Below are positions 39,695-53,189 of a stretch of DNA of 64,000 nucleotides, in pieces. The DNA comes from Octopus sinensis (taxonomy: Eukaryota). How positions within the stretch are numbered: position 1 is the stretch's first letter; each line of letters starts with the position of its first letter. The position numbers were made by a program, and so were the translations under genes. The notes beneath the pieces are model-generated. The model worked only from the letters and a program-made list of their open reading frames with translations. It did no database searches and was not told where the DNA came from. Location of the stretch: contig NC_042997.1 in assembly GCF_006345805.1 (NCBI RefSeq), forward strand, positions 50,158,001 through 50,222,000, given 5' to 3'.

Positions 39695-39895
39695 TAAGCT
39701 TTATGAAAATAAACAAAAGACGAAGGCAGGTGGAATACAAACAAACAATTGTATTAGTATGGCGCTCAGGAATATAAATAAAACAAGTCTTTTACGTTTC
39801 GAGCCTACGCTCTTCAACAGAAAGATACACAGAAAAGAAACACGGAGAGAAACAAGGAGAGAAAAAAATGCGTGCAGAAGCTAGCGATTCAACAT
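39695..39895 (-). mobile_element. Repeat family Y copy
   Basis: tacgtttcgagcctacgctcttcaacagaaaga. Confidence 0.75.
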
Positions 39896-39982
39896 ATATA
39901 TATATGTGCGTGTGTGTATGTGTGTGTATACACATATACACAAACATCTATACACATTTGTGTGTATATATGTATATAGAAA

Positions 39983-40212
39983 GAAGCCTGTCGTATATAT
40001 GTATATATATATGTATGTGTGTGTGTTTGTCCCCCTAGCATTGCTTGACAACCAATGCTGGTGTGTTTACGTCCCCGTCACTTAGCGGTTCGGCAAAATA
40101 GACCGATAGAATAAGTACTAGGCTTACAATGAATAAGTCCCGGGGTCGATTTGCTCGACTAAAGGCGGTGCTCCAGCATGGCCACAGTCAAATGACTGAA
40201 ACAAGTAAAAGA
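39983..40212 (+). mobile_element. SINE family A 3' half
   Basis: Near identical to 610-860. Confidence 0.85.
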
Positions 40213-40429
40213 GTATATATATATATATATATGCATGATTGTATGCATGTATGTATTTATGTATGTATGTATGTATGTATGTATGTATGTATGTATGTAT
40301 GTATGTTTGTATGTATGTATGTATGCATGTATGTATGTATGAAAACGCATAATCCTCTCCAATGGATAGTAAAATTTCTCGGCATAACGCTAAACTGAAC
40401 AATAGGGAAACAATTTTCATTTAGAAAAG

Positions 40430-41290
40430 TGAACAAAATGCCTCTGTCTATTTACACTGCAGCCACCTATGTACAATATTAAAGAACATAATCTAGAATA
40501 TTATCCGGCGCATCTCTACGATATCATCCCACATAAGTATATTCAACCGAGCAGCATTGTTCCCCCATAAAAGTTTTAAATCTCTCATGTGTGAAAATAC
40601 TGGTATTCATTCCCCAAATCACCCAAACGAATGATAAGTCAAACAAATCCTGACAAAGCTACATTATTTGCTCACCTAATCTTCAGCCTAAAGCGATAAA
40701 AATGCATTAAAATCTTCCTCAGTTTAGTAACCAATAAAAGAGAGCACATGCTACTCAACAGAAACAGCATAGAAGTTAGATATAACTGCACATTAAACCA
40801 AAACGAAAAAAAGAAAACAACTCCATTCAAAGTCTAAATAACATTCTATCAAGAAAGCCTCTATTCACTGACGAAAATAAATGCAACTGCAATAGATCAA
40901 AGCGTTAGGTTAAACTTGGCAAAAAAAAAAATCGTAATCAAATGTCAGCAAGCAGGACTGCAAAACTGAAAAATCAACAAAAATTACATCGGAGCAATGA
41001 GAGAGTTGCCAAAAGCCAGATGCACAAAATGCATGCACCTGATCCGAAATATTTACAGAAAAAAATGTAACATTCTTATCGAAGTATATTTGGGAATTAA
41101 AGAAGACTGATGCAAGCATAAATATAAACGTGCGAATTGTCCTTACACGAATGGTTTCAGGACATTTCTTCTGTGCGCCATAGAAAAATGCAATTACGGA
41201 ATAAACATGCTTGCTCAAGCGGAGAAATGAGGTGACGTCACTTTATAGACACAAAAAGGAATTAATTTTAAAAACTGGTCCTGATTGCAG
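40430..41290 (+). mobile_element. Degenerate PLE fragment (thumb to GIY-YIG), same type as 28.4-31 kb
   Basis: Broken frames give IRRISTISSH.SIFNRAA, LLNRNSIEVRYNC, TFLSKYIWELKK and LLKRRNE. Confidence 0.65.
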
Positions 41291-41702
41291 ATAGAAAAAC
41301 AACTGATGACACTGCAGCAGTAATGAAGTGAAACAGCAAAAGCAAATTAAATACCCAACAAATTAACAGAATGGAAATTTAGTGACTCCAGCTGTAAAAT
41401 ACAAATATTTTATTAAAAAATGGGAAAAAATATTCTTCGGTTTGTAATCGATAGGGTCGGGAAAGACAACAAGGCATCAATAGCATTGGTGAATGAAACG
41501 TGATAAACAAATAACCTACTCCAGCAAAATACAATATGATTTAGCCAAACAGAATACGACTGCGTAATCGATATGTGGAGACAGGACAATTATTGTGATG
41601 ATAAATGGTAAAAGAACAAGAGGGCAATAATCAGTATAAAACAAAAAAGAACCCTTTTTAAATGAAAACAAAACAGTATGAAGAAAGCAGGATGGCCAAT
41701 TA

Positions 41703-41820
41703 AGTAGGGGGAAATGTATTTAAGAAGAAGGAAGAAATGTATTTAAGAAGTAGGGGGAAATGTATTTAAGAAGAAGGAGGAAATGTATTTAAAAACTAAG
41801 GGAAAATATATTAAAGGACA
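41703..41820. repeat. ~22-bp minisatellite (gaaatgtatttaagaag core), about 5 units
   Basis: Direct reading. Confidence 0.85.
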
Positions 41821-43099
41821 TTTAAAAATCGACCAATGAAAACTATAGTTAACTAAAAAAGATCGAACCTGTGCCAACTTGTAAACATGCTAGAGAAAGC
41901 GCTTCGCCTAGTGGTAGCATGAAACTAGTGGCAAAACAAAAAATAATAATTCAACTTAAATAATCTATACGCTGAACACTATGTATTGAGTACTTAGTGA
42001 CCTTTTCGTTGAAAAACTGCTACGAATGAGCTCGTATGTATACATATATAAATATGTATAGTATGTGTGCGTATGTTTTTGTAAGTATGTGTGTCTATGT
42101 GTATATACATATATCTATATATATATCTATGTGTGCGTCTATATGTGTATTTTGTGTGTGTGAGTGTGTGTGTGTGTACATGTACCTATACACACAGATA
42201 TATGTGTTTGTTCGTGCATGTGTGTATGTATGTATGTATGTGTGTATGTATGTATGTATGTATGTATGTATGTATGTGTGTGTATGTATGTATGTGTGTG
42301 TGTATATATATATGTGTGTATATATATATATATATATACATATATATATGCACACATACATATATACGTACATATATGTGTATGTATGTATGTATGTATG
42401 TATGTGTGTATGTATGTATGTGTGTGTGTATATATATATATGTGTGTGTGTATGTATATATATATATACATATATATACGCACACATACCTACATGCATA
42501 CGTACGTACATATATGCATACATATGTACATCTATATATACATAATCACACAAACGTACACACACGTATATACTTTCATGGAAGAAGTATGACCTTTGAG
42601 GAACGTAACTGCTTCACTGCATATCGTATTTCACGTGAGGTCAAAAATAAATAGATATCGGAAATCAACAGCATTTAGAATGTAGTTGTAGGTCAAACTT
42701 AGACACAACTGAGAAATATCTTACAAAAATGCTTTAAAAACTATAAGAAAAAGAAGTGAAGTAAATAAAAATAATCACCAGCAAGAAACGCTGAGAAGGT
42801 TGGGGAATTATTCGTAAGAATTCAATTTCGATCATTATAAACTTACTGTCTAGTTTTTTTTTTAAACAGTAGTGGTCATCAGGAGGAAAGTTATTGATTG
42901 ACAATCTATTAATGGAACATCTTAGAAGCTTAACCTACAAATAAATATGTATAAGGAAAGAAAAAGAATTTGAAAAGTTCAAAATAATCATAAATCTATA
43001 TTAATAATTTTCTGTAATCGATCGAAGAAACACAGAAAATAAATAATTACAGAAATTACATTTCTATAAATATTAAAATATCGAATTTTGAATAACAGA

Positions 43100-43650
43100 G
43101 TTGGAGAGAGGTCAAAGAAAACAGTCCAAAGAACAGTCCTGAGGGTATGTCTTCAATAATCCTGACCTGGATAAACAAGCAGAATTGCCCGCACATATCA
43201 CCCAGATTTTGTTGATCCCAGATAGCATCTTGACTTCTAAGACAAGACAGTTAATTCTATTGAAGTTCACTGTGATTTGGAAAGAAAGACGGTGGCGGCG
43301 CAAGAGAGGAAGCGAACTAAATATCAGGAAGGATTGTTCTCAAGAATGGATAGAGACCGAAGTGTTTGCCATTGAAGGTTGGCAGCCGAGGGTTCGCATG
43401 TCGTAACCTAAGTAATGCCTATAGGAGCCTGGGCACTTCAGAAATGATCAGAAGAGCAATCGAGAACATATATAGAGGATGCTCAGAAAGCATCTCTGGC
43501 TGAAAACAGGTGGTTGTAGAATGTCAGGACGTTATAATACTGCTTTGGCACTGGCGTAGGCTTGAAAACCTAAGCCCGAGCGCCTGGATGATGGTGTTTG
43601 TTGCAAGATCCGAAGCATCTTGTGTCGCGTGGATACAACACAGATGATAT
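43100..43650 (+). mobile_element. 3' fragment of an RLE-type non-LTR element (Hero/NeSL-like) with 3' UTR
   Basis: PDSILTSKTRQLILLKFTV.W.E...RKR..., VFAIE(V)GSRGF = PD-(D/E)xK restriction-like endonuclease, frameshifted. Confidence 0.7.
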
Positions 43651-44285
43651 ATTGAAGTATTGAGAACTACATTCCTTGTACTATATTCTGAGATTCCCAT
43701 GTCGGTTACTCTAAGCATATAGTTATTTTCTGAAATAATGGTAAATTAAGAGCGAAAACAAAGTTACTAAAATTAAAGATTTATATCTCATCGATACCGG
43801 AAACCATATTCTTTATTGATAAATATCTACTCTGAGGGACAATTATATCGTAAAGTAAGCAATGAAAAGTAAAAGTAGTCTTGTGATCAAATCTTTGAAG
43901 GTCTTAGTAAAACTTGGTAGAAAATATATATAAAAAGTTTCATAAAGCCGAGGTTTGTATTTAAATACAAAACTTTGACTCTGCAACACTGTATATAAAT
44001 TCTCCACTGGGAATGACCAAGTTTAAAAATCTGCTGGATATCACTCATAAGGGAATCTTACATTGCTTATAAACTCTATATTTGGAAGGCCTCAGTTTAA
44101 ACTCTTCAGGACTTTTGGACTTTACTCATAGGGTATTGGAATATTGCATGTATACCATTATGCCTATAAAAAGGATTTAAAACTTCAATACCCATACATA
44201 TCTTGCATCTATTTTCTTTCCTCCACCTCACTCTATATTTTGTATCACATCGAAACTAACTATGACTTAATTTTCCTCTCACACC

Positions 44286-44337
44286 GTCTCCGATGAAGGG
44301 ATATTATTAATTAATATTCTAGAAACAGCTGTAAGAC
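44286..44337 (+). ncRNA. Hammerhead-like motif (U4C core) in a PLE tail remnant
   Basis: Stem I gtct/agac, CCGAUGA, stem II gggatatta/taatattct, GAAA, palindromic ACAGCTGT, GUA site after 44333. Confidence 0.6.
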
Positions 44338-44403
44338 CTTCTATCTATAAATGCTCTAATATCTATACAGCCTTGGTTTTTTTATCTTATTACGCAAAAA
44401 ATT

Positions 44404-44465
<62 letters not shown>

Positions 44466-44924
44466 AAATGTAAGGTAAATAGATGTCGTAGCGTTTTCTA
44501 AGATTAGCATTACAGTCATTCCACCAACAGAACTGCCTACCCATCTAATTATGGTGTAAGTGGTTGGATAACGCATATGTCGCCTTAACTTTATCTTCAG
44601 GCAGGAAGTCGTAGAGATCTCGGTACCTCGAAACAGAATAAGTATTGCTTGTGATGCAAGCAGCACTAACAGAAAACAACGAGTATGCATAAACGAAATA
44701 TAGAGTAGCACTTGTAGAGATTGCAAAAGATTCGACAACAAAAATGGGTTTCAGAAGAAAAAGAAAATACAAAAATACTGGTGCTGTTCTGCACGCACCA
44801 AACGCAGGAGAATTCGAGAAACAATTTGAGAATAAAATAGTCTAAAATTGAGGTTTTTCGATTGAAATAGCGAAAAAAATAAGAGTAATAAATAGAAACA
44901 GATGTAAAAAAACAACAACAAAAA

Positions 44925-45250
44925 ACGGCACTTCGTCGGTTACGACGACGAGAGTTCCACTCGATCCGATCCACGGAGCAGCCTGCTCGTGAAATTAACG
45001 TGTTAGCTGTAGAGCACTCCATAGACATGTATACGCTTAATATAGTTCTCAGGGAGATCCAGCGTGACACAGAATTGACAAGGTTGGCTCTTTGAAATGC
45101 AAATACTACTTACTTTTGTCAGCTGAGTGAACTAGAACAACATGAAATAAAGTATCATGCTCAAGGACACGACGTACCGCCGGGAATCGAGATCATAACT
45201 TTACGATTGTGAGCCGAATTCCCTAATCACGAAGCCACTCGCCTTCACTG
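44925..45250 (-). mobile_element. SINE with family C head and core but a different 3' half
   Basis: cagctgagtgaactagaacaacatgaaataaag shared with family C; 44925-45110 is unrelated to the family C tail. Confidence 0.65.
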
Positions 45251-45630
45251 GGTATGGAGCTAATGCTGAGCGAAAGGTAAATAGTTCATGGCACAAACAC
45301 AAGTCCATAAACGAAGTAAAGAATCGATTGTAACAAAGATTCACTTATATACCAGAAGGACAAAAACAAAAAAAGTAAGTAAAGCGGGTAGAGAACTAGA
45401 TTTAAAAAAAAACACACCAAAAACTATTTGCGTTAGTGATCAAACTGGAATTAAACAAATACATAAACCAACGAATATATATAGGACCATGAAAACAAGA
45501 ACAAAACAAACTCGACTTAATCACAAATCTCTTTTCAAGAGCTGTCGATGTGGAGGTCACGAGGGAATCTCTGTACACCAAGACAAAGTGGTCCCAGGGA
45601 ATTCAATGAGAATTATTCCTAGGAAATGAA

Positions 45631-45694
<64 letters not shown>

Positions 45695-45699
<5 letters not shown>

Positions 45700-45835
45700 T
45701 ACAATTTTGCTCATAGTCATTCTGTTCTTTACATTATAAACAGTCTTTATGGACACTCCAACTATTCTTGAAATCTCCTTTGGTGTGACGAGTGCATTCA
45801 GCAAATCAAATATGTATAAAATTTTAGGGATGCCA
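45695..45835 (-). mobile_element. Tc1/maT transposase N-terminal HTH fragment
   Basis: DLLNALVTPKEISRIVGVSIKTVYNVKNR. Confidence 0.55.
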
Positions 45836-46029
45836 GTGCACCCCCTGTTCCTGGGCCCTTGCATATATATATATATATATACAAGCATTGGTTACACAAC
45901 ATACACAAACATTTAAATTTGGGTCAACGACTTTACATACAACAACACCCCTCAAACATTTAATCATATATATAAATATATATATATTCGAACGTTTACT
46001 TTGTGTGTGTATATATACATATATACATT

Positions 46030-46060
<31 letters not shown>

Positions 46061-46063
46061 ACA

Positions 46064-46102
<39 letters not shown>

Positions 46103-46602
46103 CTCTGTCGAAGTTTTATTGCCTGTGTATTTGTACTGGCATGTCTTAGCATAAAAATCAAAACGTTTGAATCTGTTATCTATGCTACAGTTATATAAGA
46201 CAAAAAAATTAAGGGAAGAAGGAAAGAAAAAGTAGTAACGTCCTTCTTTTGGATGGTTTAGTGTCACCAAGCTGTACCATTTGTGACAGAATGCTTATGT
46301 AACAATAGACAGTATAGTAGTAAACATATATTCATACATACAAGCGTACGTTTATCTATCAGTCAACCTAGAAACAATAGTAACAACAAGAACAACAGTA
46401 GCAACAACAACAACAACAATTACAACTATAGCTGCAATAACAACGATAAGACATGTTGGTCGATGACGATGGTAATGAAAATAGTAATGGTTTGCTATTT
46501 TGGCCCATGGTGAACATTTTTAAGGAGAGGGTTAAATCGATTATCCGAAAGGATTAAAGGCAAAATTAACCTTGACTAAATTTGAACACAAAACATAAAT
46601 GT

Positions 46603-46733
46603 AGGCGTAGGAGTGGCTGTGTGGTAAGTAGCTTGCTTACCAACCACATAGTTCCAGGTTCAGTCTCACTGCGTGGCACCTTGGGCAAGTGTCTTCTACT
46701 GTAGCATAAACATACACACACACACACATATAC

Positions 46734-46784
<51 letters not shown>

Positions 46785-46945
46785 TACGACGGCCTTCTTT
46801 CAGTTTCCGTCTACCAAATCCACACACAAGGTTTTGGTTGGCTCGAGGCTACTGTAGACAGTAGAAGACACTTGCCCAAGGTGCCACGCAGTCGGACTGA
46901 ACCCGGAACCATGTGGTTGGGAAGCAAGCTTCTTACCACACGCCT
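46603..46945. mobile_element. Two SINE family A heads in inverted orientation (46603-46706 +; 46785-46945 -)
   Basis: Shared ctgcgtggcaccttgggcaagtgtcttctactgt on opposite strands. Confidence 0.85.
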
Positions 46946-47044
46946 AATCTTTTAATTAAATATCTGTGACAACAAGGTGTTGACGACAACAATAGCTTCA
47001 ACAACCGACGAGGATAACAACAATAATACTGCTTTTAAACTTTG

Positions 47045-47220
47045 GCACAAGGCTAGCTGTTTCGACCGCAGTGGTCAACAGGTACTTGTTTTATCGATCC
47101 CGAATGGATAATAGGCAAAGCCGACCCTGGTGGGAAACTTGCACTCAGAACGCAAAGACGGACGAAATGCTGCTAAGCATTTTGCCCGGCATGTTAACGA
47201 TTCTGCCGGCTCGCCAACTT
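47045..47220 (-). mobile_element. SINE family B, diverged
   Basis: tttatcgatcccgaatggataataggcaaagccgacc...ctgccggctcgcc. Confidence 0.75.
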
Positions 47221-49551
47221 GAAAACAAAAAATTAACAACATTAATGTTATGCTGATGCTTCTGATGATGATGATAACGACGACGATGATGACGATGATG
47301 ACGATCGCAACAACTGGATGATGTCAGCAACATTAGCTCGAACATAACAGAACCATCCGTTATAACAAAACCAGCAACGACAACAGAAAGAACAAATAGC
47401 AAGATGACCAGCCGTGACAATTGCAACAACAATTGCAACAACAACAACAATCACAATACTTCCAGAAAGTACAGTAACTACGATGAAAACAACAATAAGA
47501 GTAACCATGACAACAACGACAACCCCCACCCCCTACATGTACGATAAAACAACGACGACGACGATGACAACTAGAACAACAGTATGACATTCACCATGAA
47601 CGCGAACAATAACAACAACAACAACACCCTTAGCGCGAATGATGAAAATGATGCCGCCATATTTGTTTGTGCCGTATCACTTTGCTAATGTGGTGTTTCT
47701 TCACAGTTCTACAGGATAATTTCCGTCAACAAGCAAACAGAAATAGTTTGATTGATTTACCTGTAATACCATACCAGCAGACATTTTATGTAATTTTATC
47801 ATTATTATTTTTAATTTTTCCCCCTTTAGGCTAATCTGGTTAATTCCAGAATGCCAGCATGGCTACCAAACAAAGAAAAAAGAGCTCTTCATACAACGTT
47901 TTGGTTGCATTTGTTGTCGTCGTTGTTATTGCTGTAAAAGCGGTTGTATTGATGCTGTTGTTGTTACTATTGGTACAGCTGTTAGTTGCAGGATTTCTTT
48001 CTTCTTGCAAAGGCTTTTGATCTCACTTCAGGCTTTGAGTCCAACACTTCATTTCTGTGAACTAATCTTCAATTATACAATGCATCTGCTACTACTGCTG
48101 CTAACCAATAGCAATAAAGCAACTGCATCTCTTTCCGCATTAGGTATTTGAACAAGAAGCGAGGATTGTTCGGTATACATAGAGTTTTGGTCTTCATATC
48201 ATTTCTGGTCACACCAGATGTCACAACACACTATTATATATTCAGGTTGCTGTTCTAACTGTCATTAACAAACGCTGATATAATGATGCTCATTGTTATT
48301 GTTTATCCACAACCGATCGACTGTCAGTTCAACTCTGATCGAGGAGACAAAGAATTAAACACGTTTCACTCGTGAACATATCTTCTTTCCCGGGCTATCA
48401 AGAACAACATAATTTAATGTCGCCATTCTTTTCATAAGATAGAAGAATGGGATTTGATGAAGATTCTGAGCGCTATTACTGACAGGTGAAGTGAGAATAT
48501 AGTTGGTTCGGAGTTGGTATTGCTAATACTGTTCTTTCTGTACATTTTCTTTTTAACACTAGGCACCGTTTGTGCAGATGTGAAATATGTTTAAGAAATT
48601 CGCTTCACAATCACACATTTTCGAGTTTCCTTCAACAACGCACCATTTTTGGCAAGTGTTTCTTTCATAGCTTCGGATCGATACAAAATTCGTGAGCGAA
48701 ATTGGGTAGAAACAGAAATAAAAATTGTGCAAAAATTCATCTGAAAGACTTTAGCTGTTCTGGGGAAGCAGATATAATCCATAACCACGTTTAATACAAT
48801 AACCTAGCCCCTGAGTGGAATTTAATCTGGTGCAAATATTCAAACCTGATTTTTGATCCGAAGAAAACTTTTGCTGCAGCAGCCGATGAGGGCAAGGCAA
48901 AAGAGTGCATGACTTCTCTGTCGCTTATAAATTTAGATCTCATAACAGTTACCTTGAAGAATGTCTACAATATTAAATATTCCAAAGTCGTTTGGGACTG
49001 AAGCTTAAAGCTGTCAATGAGTAAATTTTATTATATGTATTGAGTAATTTCAAGGAGAAAATGCCCCGTACGTTGTACAACTCTGAGTGTTTGTACATAG
49101 GTACATCCGATGATGTTGGGTGCGTGTTCTACGTGCCAACGGAACTTCAGATTTACATGGAGCTGAGTCAAACTCTTACTAAATAAATGTAGCTATAATG
49201 AAATGGGTTCCGTCCTACTTTCTTTCGTCAGTTCACTTACTCGTGTATGTATGTATATATATATATACAAGGTCATGCCAAATCTGTTTCATTTACAAGC
49301 AAAACAAAAACAGAAAACCAGAAGCTAAATCTCTCAAAGACAGATATATGAGGAAAACACCTCTCCACGACAAACCCATTAAACATGAGTGGCACTCAGC
49401 TAGAGCCCTTTCTCGCTCCAAATGCTTGGCCTCACTATCACCGAGGATCTTTCCTCGAGAAAGTACAAAGTTTGCATAGCGAAGACCACATCACAAAGAC
49501 TAGCTCTTCTCTTCAAATCCAGAAACTATTTCAATCTATAATTAAAAAATC

Positions 49552-49707
<156 letters not shown>

Positions 49708-49933
49708 TAGTTTTATTTTTATAGCGTGCTTTCACTTCACTACCGAGCGCAACTCTGTGTGCCTTGGGTATGTGCTGTGATTTGTTGTGATGCTCTGATG
49801 GTTATTGTATGGAAAGTGTTCTGCGTAGGATGTGGTGCAGTGCCTAGTAGTGCAATTTTCTGTATGTTATATGTGTTTGTAAGTCCTGGTGTTTTTGTTA
49901 TGTATTTGTCTGATATTTTTATTATTATTATTA

Positions 49934-49977
<44 letters not shown>

Positions 49978-50165
49978 TATTATTATTATTATTATTGTTG
50001 TTGGTTGTTGTTGTTGTTGTTTTATCGTCGTCACCACCATCACCATCACTCGCTGTAGTAGTAGTTGTAGTAGCAGCAGCAGCAAGATGCTCTAAGAAAT
50101 CATTATGACTCAACAACCTTGAAATGGCCACAGTGTAAAAGCGATATACCTATGGACAATATTGC

Positions 50166-50212
<47 letters not shown>

Positions 50213-50715
50213 CTATCTATCTATCTATCTATCATCTATCTGTCTTCCCACCCAGATATGTGTATGTATGTATGTATGTATGTATGTATGTATGTATGTA
50301 TGTATGTATGTATGTATCTATTATGTACGTATGTATGTACGTATGTGTGTGGGTATTGGCTCCTTTACATTTTTAGTCTTTAGTTAAAGCGTCAACACGT
50401 TTGATTCCAAGATTGATTCCACGAGGGCCGATAAAATAAATAGCAGCACTGTCGAGAGAATTGATGTACTTCTTTCCTACCAAATGTAGCTTCCAAATCA
50501 ATATTCGATATATGTAAAGCTTTTTTTATTGAATCCCTTCGTAATGTACTTAGAAGTTCCGCGTTATTTGTAGTAACTCAATATATGAGAAAAATATTAA
50601 ATTTTGACTTAAGTTAATCTGTGTGTCGGTGCCTCATCTAGAGATTAGTGCGTTGGCTCATGGGCGTACGGATTATATTCTTGTACCAGGTACCGCATTG
50701 TGTTTGATATCTTTT

Positions 50716-50990
50716 ATCCTTTACATAAGAAGAGTCATTGAACAGTGGCCATATTGCAGCACCACCTTCAAGAGTTTGGCCGAAGAAATCAAGCCCAGCA
50801 TTACTTAAAAAAAAATCTGGTTCTTATTCTATCGTCAGGCTTCTTTCAGCTTCCATCGACCAAATCTACTCACAAGGATTTGGCCGTCCCGAGACTACAG
50901 TAGAAGTCACTTATACAAGGTTCCACGAGATAGGAATGAACCCGAAGTCTTATAGCTTGAAAGCAAGCTTCATACCTCACAACCGCACCT
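50716..50990 (-). mobile_element. SINE family A, diverged
   Basis: cagtggccatattgcagcaccacc...ggcttctttcagcttccatcgaccaaatctactcacaagg. Confidence 0.7.
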
Positions 50991-51420
50991 ACACGTATGA
51001 TATGAAGAACTTTATTTCATGTTGATTCAGTTTATTCTACTATGATGCGAACACCGAAAACTGGTGCACTCATCTCTTGCTGGCAAATCCTGTATGTTCG
51101 GCTGCATCAAGGTTGAAAGAGTCTCAATGCATGTTATACTGATCACATAGGCAACTAGAATATTTATCGAAAGCATGGTACCTGTTATCGATCCATACTC
51201 GTTCGCGAGTAACGACTGTACTGTACGTTTCTGGCAATCTGATGTCAAATTAAAATCATACATTATATATACAATGCATACATATACTTACATATATCAC
51301 ACACATACACACGCGTGCTCGCACAAACAAACACACAGAATGAGATGGATAAATTGTCGCCATTTTATATTTTTAATTTCGCGAATGCGTATTGTTTTTT
51401 TTGTTTTTGATTTTCTTAAC

Positions 51421-51830
51421 TACACAGTATAGTAGTGTTAGTTGGACACCATCTATAAGAAAAACGACACCATGACGCAATTCTCCCTGCCAGAAATTTG
51501 GAAACAACATGATATATACTGCTTAGCATTCGCGCCGGAAGCTTCAATACGAACATTTCAGCGTGTTTGGGTGTCAATCTGAGGATATGTACATCATGGT
51601 GTTTGAAGTGATCACTAGAGGTAGCGACGTTATACCACCATTCATCTTCCCATACGGCCTCAGACTCAACACCGTGGCCTACATCAAGTGTCTAGAGGGG
51701 ATAGGGCTGCCCTGGGTCAAGAGGGTGGCTGCTGGAATACTCTATGATGGCAATAGGACTCTGCACCTTGCCACACATACAGGAGAACCCAGTCATGGCT
51801 GTCAGACAATTTCTATGACCACACACACAC
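51421..51830 (+). mobile_element. maT (DD37D) transposon, internally deleted and 3'-truncated
   Basis: IMVFEVITRGSDVIPPFIFPYGLRLNTVAYIKCLE; homologous to 20830-21565. Confidence 0.8.
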
Positions 51831-51903
51831 ACACAACACACACACACACACACACATACACACACACACAACACACACACACACACACACACACACCACA
51901 CAC

Positions 51904-51959
<56 letters not shown>

Positions 51960-52097
51960 CATGCATATAGCTGGGGGTAGAAACAGAAAGAAAGATCACT
52001 CTAAGTGTCGAGAGATTTAGATGCTTGTATTTTTGTGACTGGTGCTTTACACACGCGGCCGCATACACATGCACACACACGCACAAACACATACACA

Positions 52098-52142
<45 letters not shown>

Positions 52143-52162
52143 ATACACATATGCAAACGCAT

Positions 52163-52600
52163 ACGCAGACGTGGCTGTGTGGTAAAAAGCTTGCTACGTA
52201 ATCCCACGGTTCCTGGTTCTGTCTCACTGTGTGACACCTTGGCGCGAGTGTTTTCTACTATGGCCTCCGGTCGACCAAATGGAAACTGAAAGAAGTCTGT
52301 CATATATATATATGTATATATATATATATACGATGGGCTTCTTTATATATAGGTGTGTGTGTGTGTCTGCATGTCTGTCTGTCAGTCTTTGCATCTTTGT
52401 TTTTCCCCTACCACCGCTTGAGATCTGGTGCCAGTGTGTTTACGTCCCAGTATTCTAGCGGTTCGGCAAAAAGATCGATAGAATAAGTACCAGACTTTAA
52501 AAAAAATCATTGCAGGGATCGATTCAATCGTCTAAAAGTTCTTCAATGCGGTACTCCAGCATGGCCGCAGCCTAATGACTGAAACATGTAAAACATAAAA
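52163..52600 (+). mobile_element. SINE family A
   Basis: Head and tail homologous to 465-875. Confidence 0.8.
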
Positions 52601-53058
52601 TATACGCTGGAGGCAAGTCTTGTAAGCTATTGAATTAAACGACTGTTATCGACAGCTTCGGTTTTTCCGGTAGGTTCCATAGGAAAATCAACATAGGCTA
52701 ACGCATCCCTTGCAGAGATTTACCCAAGGGAATGGCATTGAACCTAGCACAGCAACATAATATTGTTAATGTTGATTGATTATACAGTTACAGCAACTTC
52801 TGTTTATTTAGACAGAGTGACTGGCATTTGAAGAATGAATGGTCTTCTCCATGGATACAAACGGACTCGGCTCTGCCAAAGTTAAGTACCCTGTTGGCTA
52901 AATCAGCTGCGACTTCTATTTTTTTTTAGTTTGAAAATTCAAAAGATATAAAAACAGGAAAGAAAAAAATGCCGAAGTCTCAGTGACTTGTTTCGAAGAA
53001 TAAACGGGAAATCAAAACAACATACACACACACACACGTGCGTGCACACAGGTACACG

Positions 53059-53098
<40 letters not shown>

Positions 53099-53137
53099 GA
53101 GAGAAATAGATAGATATATAGATATATATTTGTGTGC

Positions 53138-53189
<52 letters not shown>

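Noticed and set aside
43720-44280. Possible GIY-YIG remnant upstream of the 44.3 kb hammerhead
   Set aside because: Too degenerate to recover convincing motifs by eye.
44545-44741. Minus-strand ORFs with a possible acceptor (YRDLYDFLPEDK...)
   Set aside because: No homology recognised; multiple frames are equally plausible.
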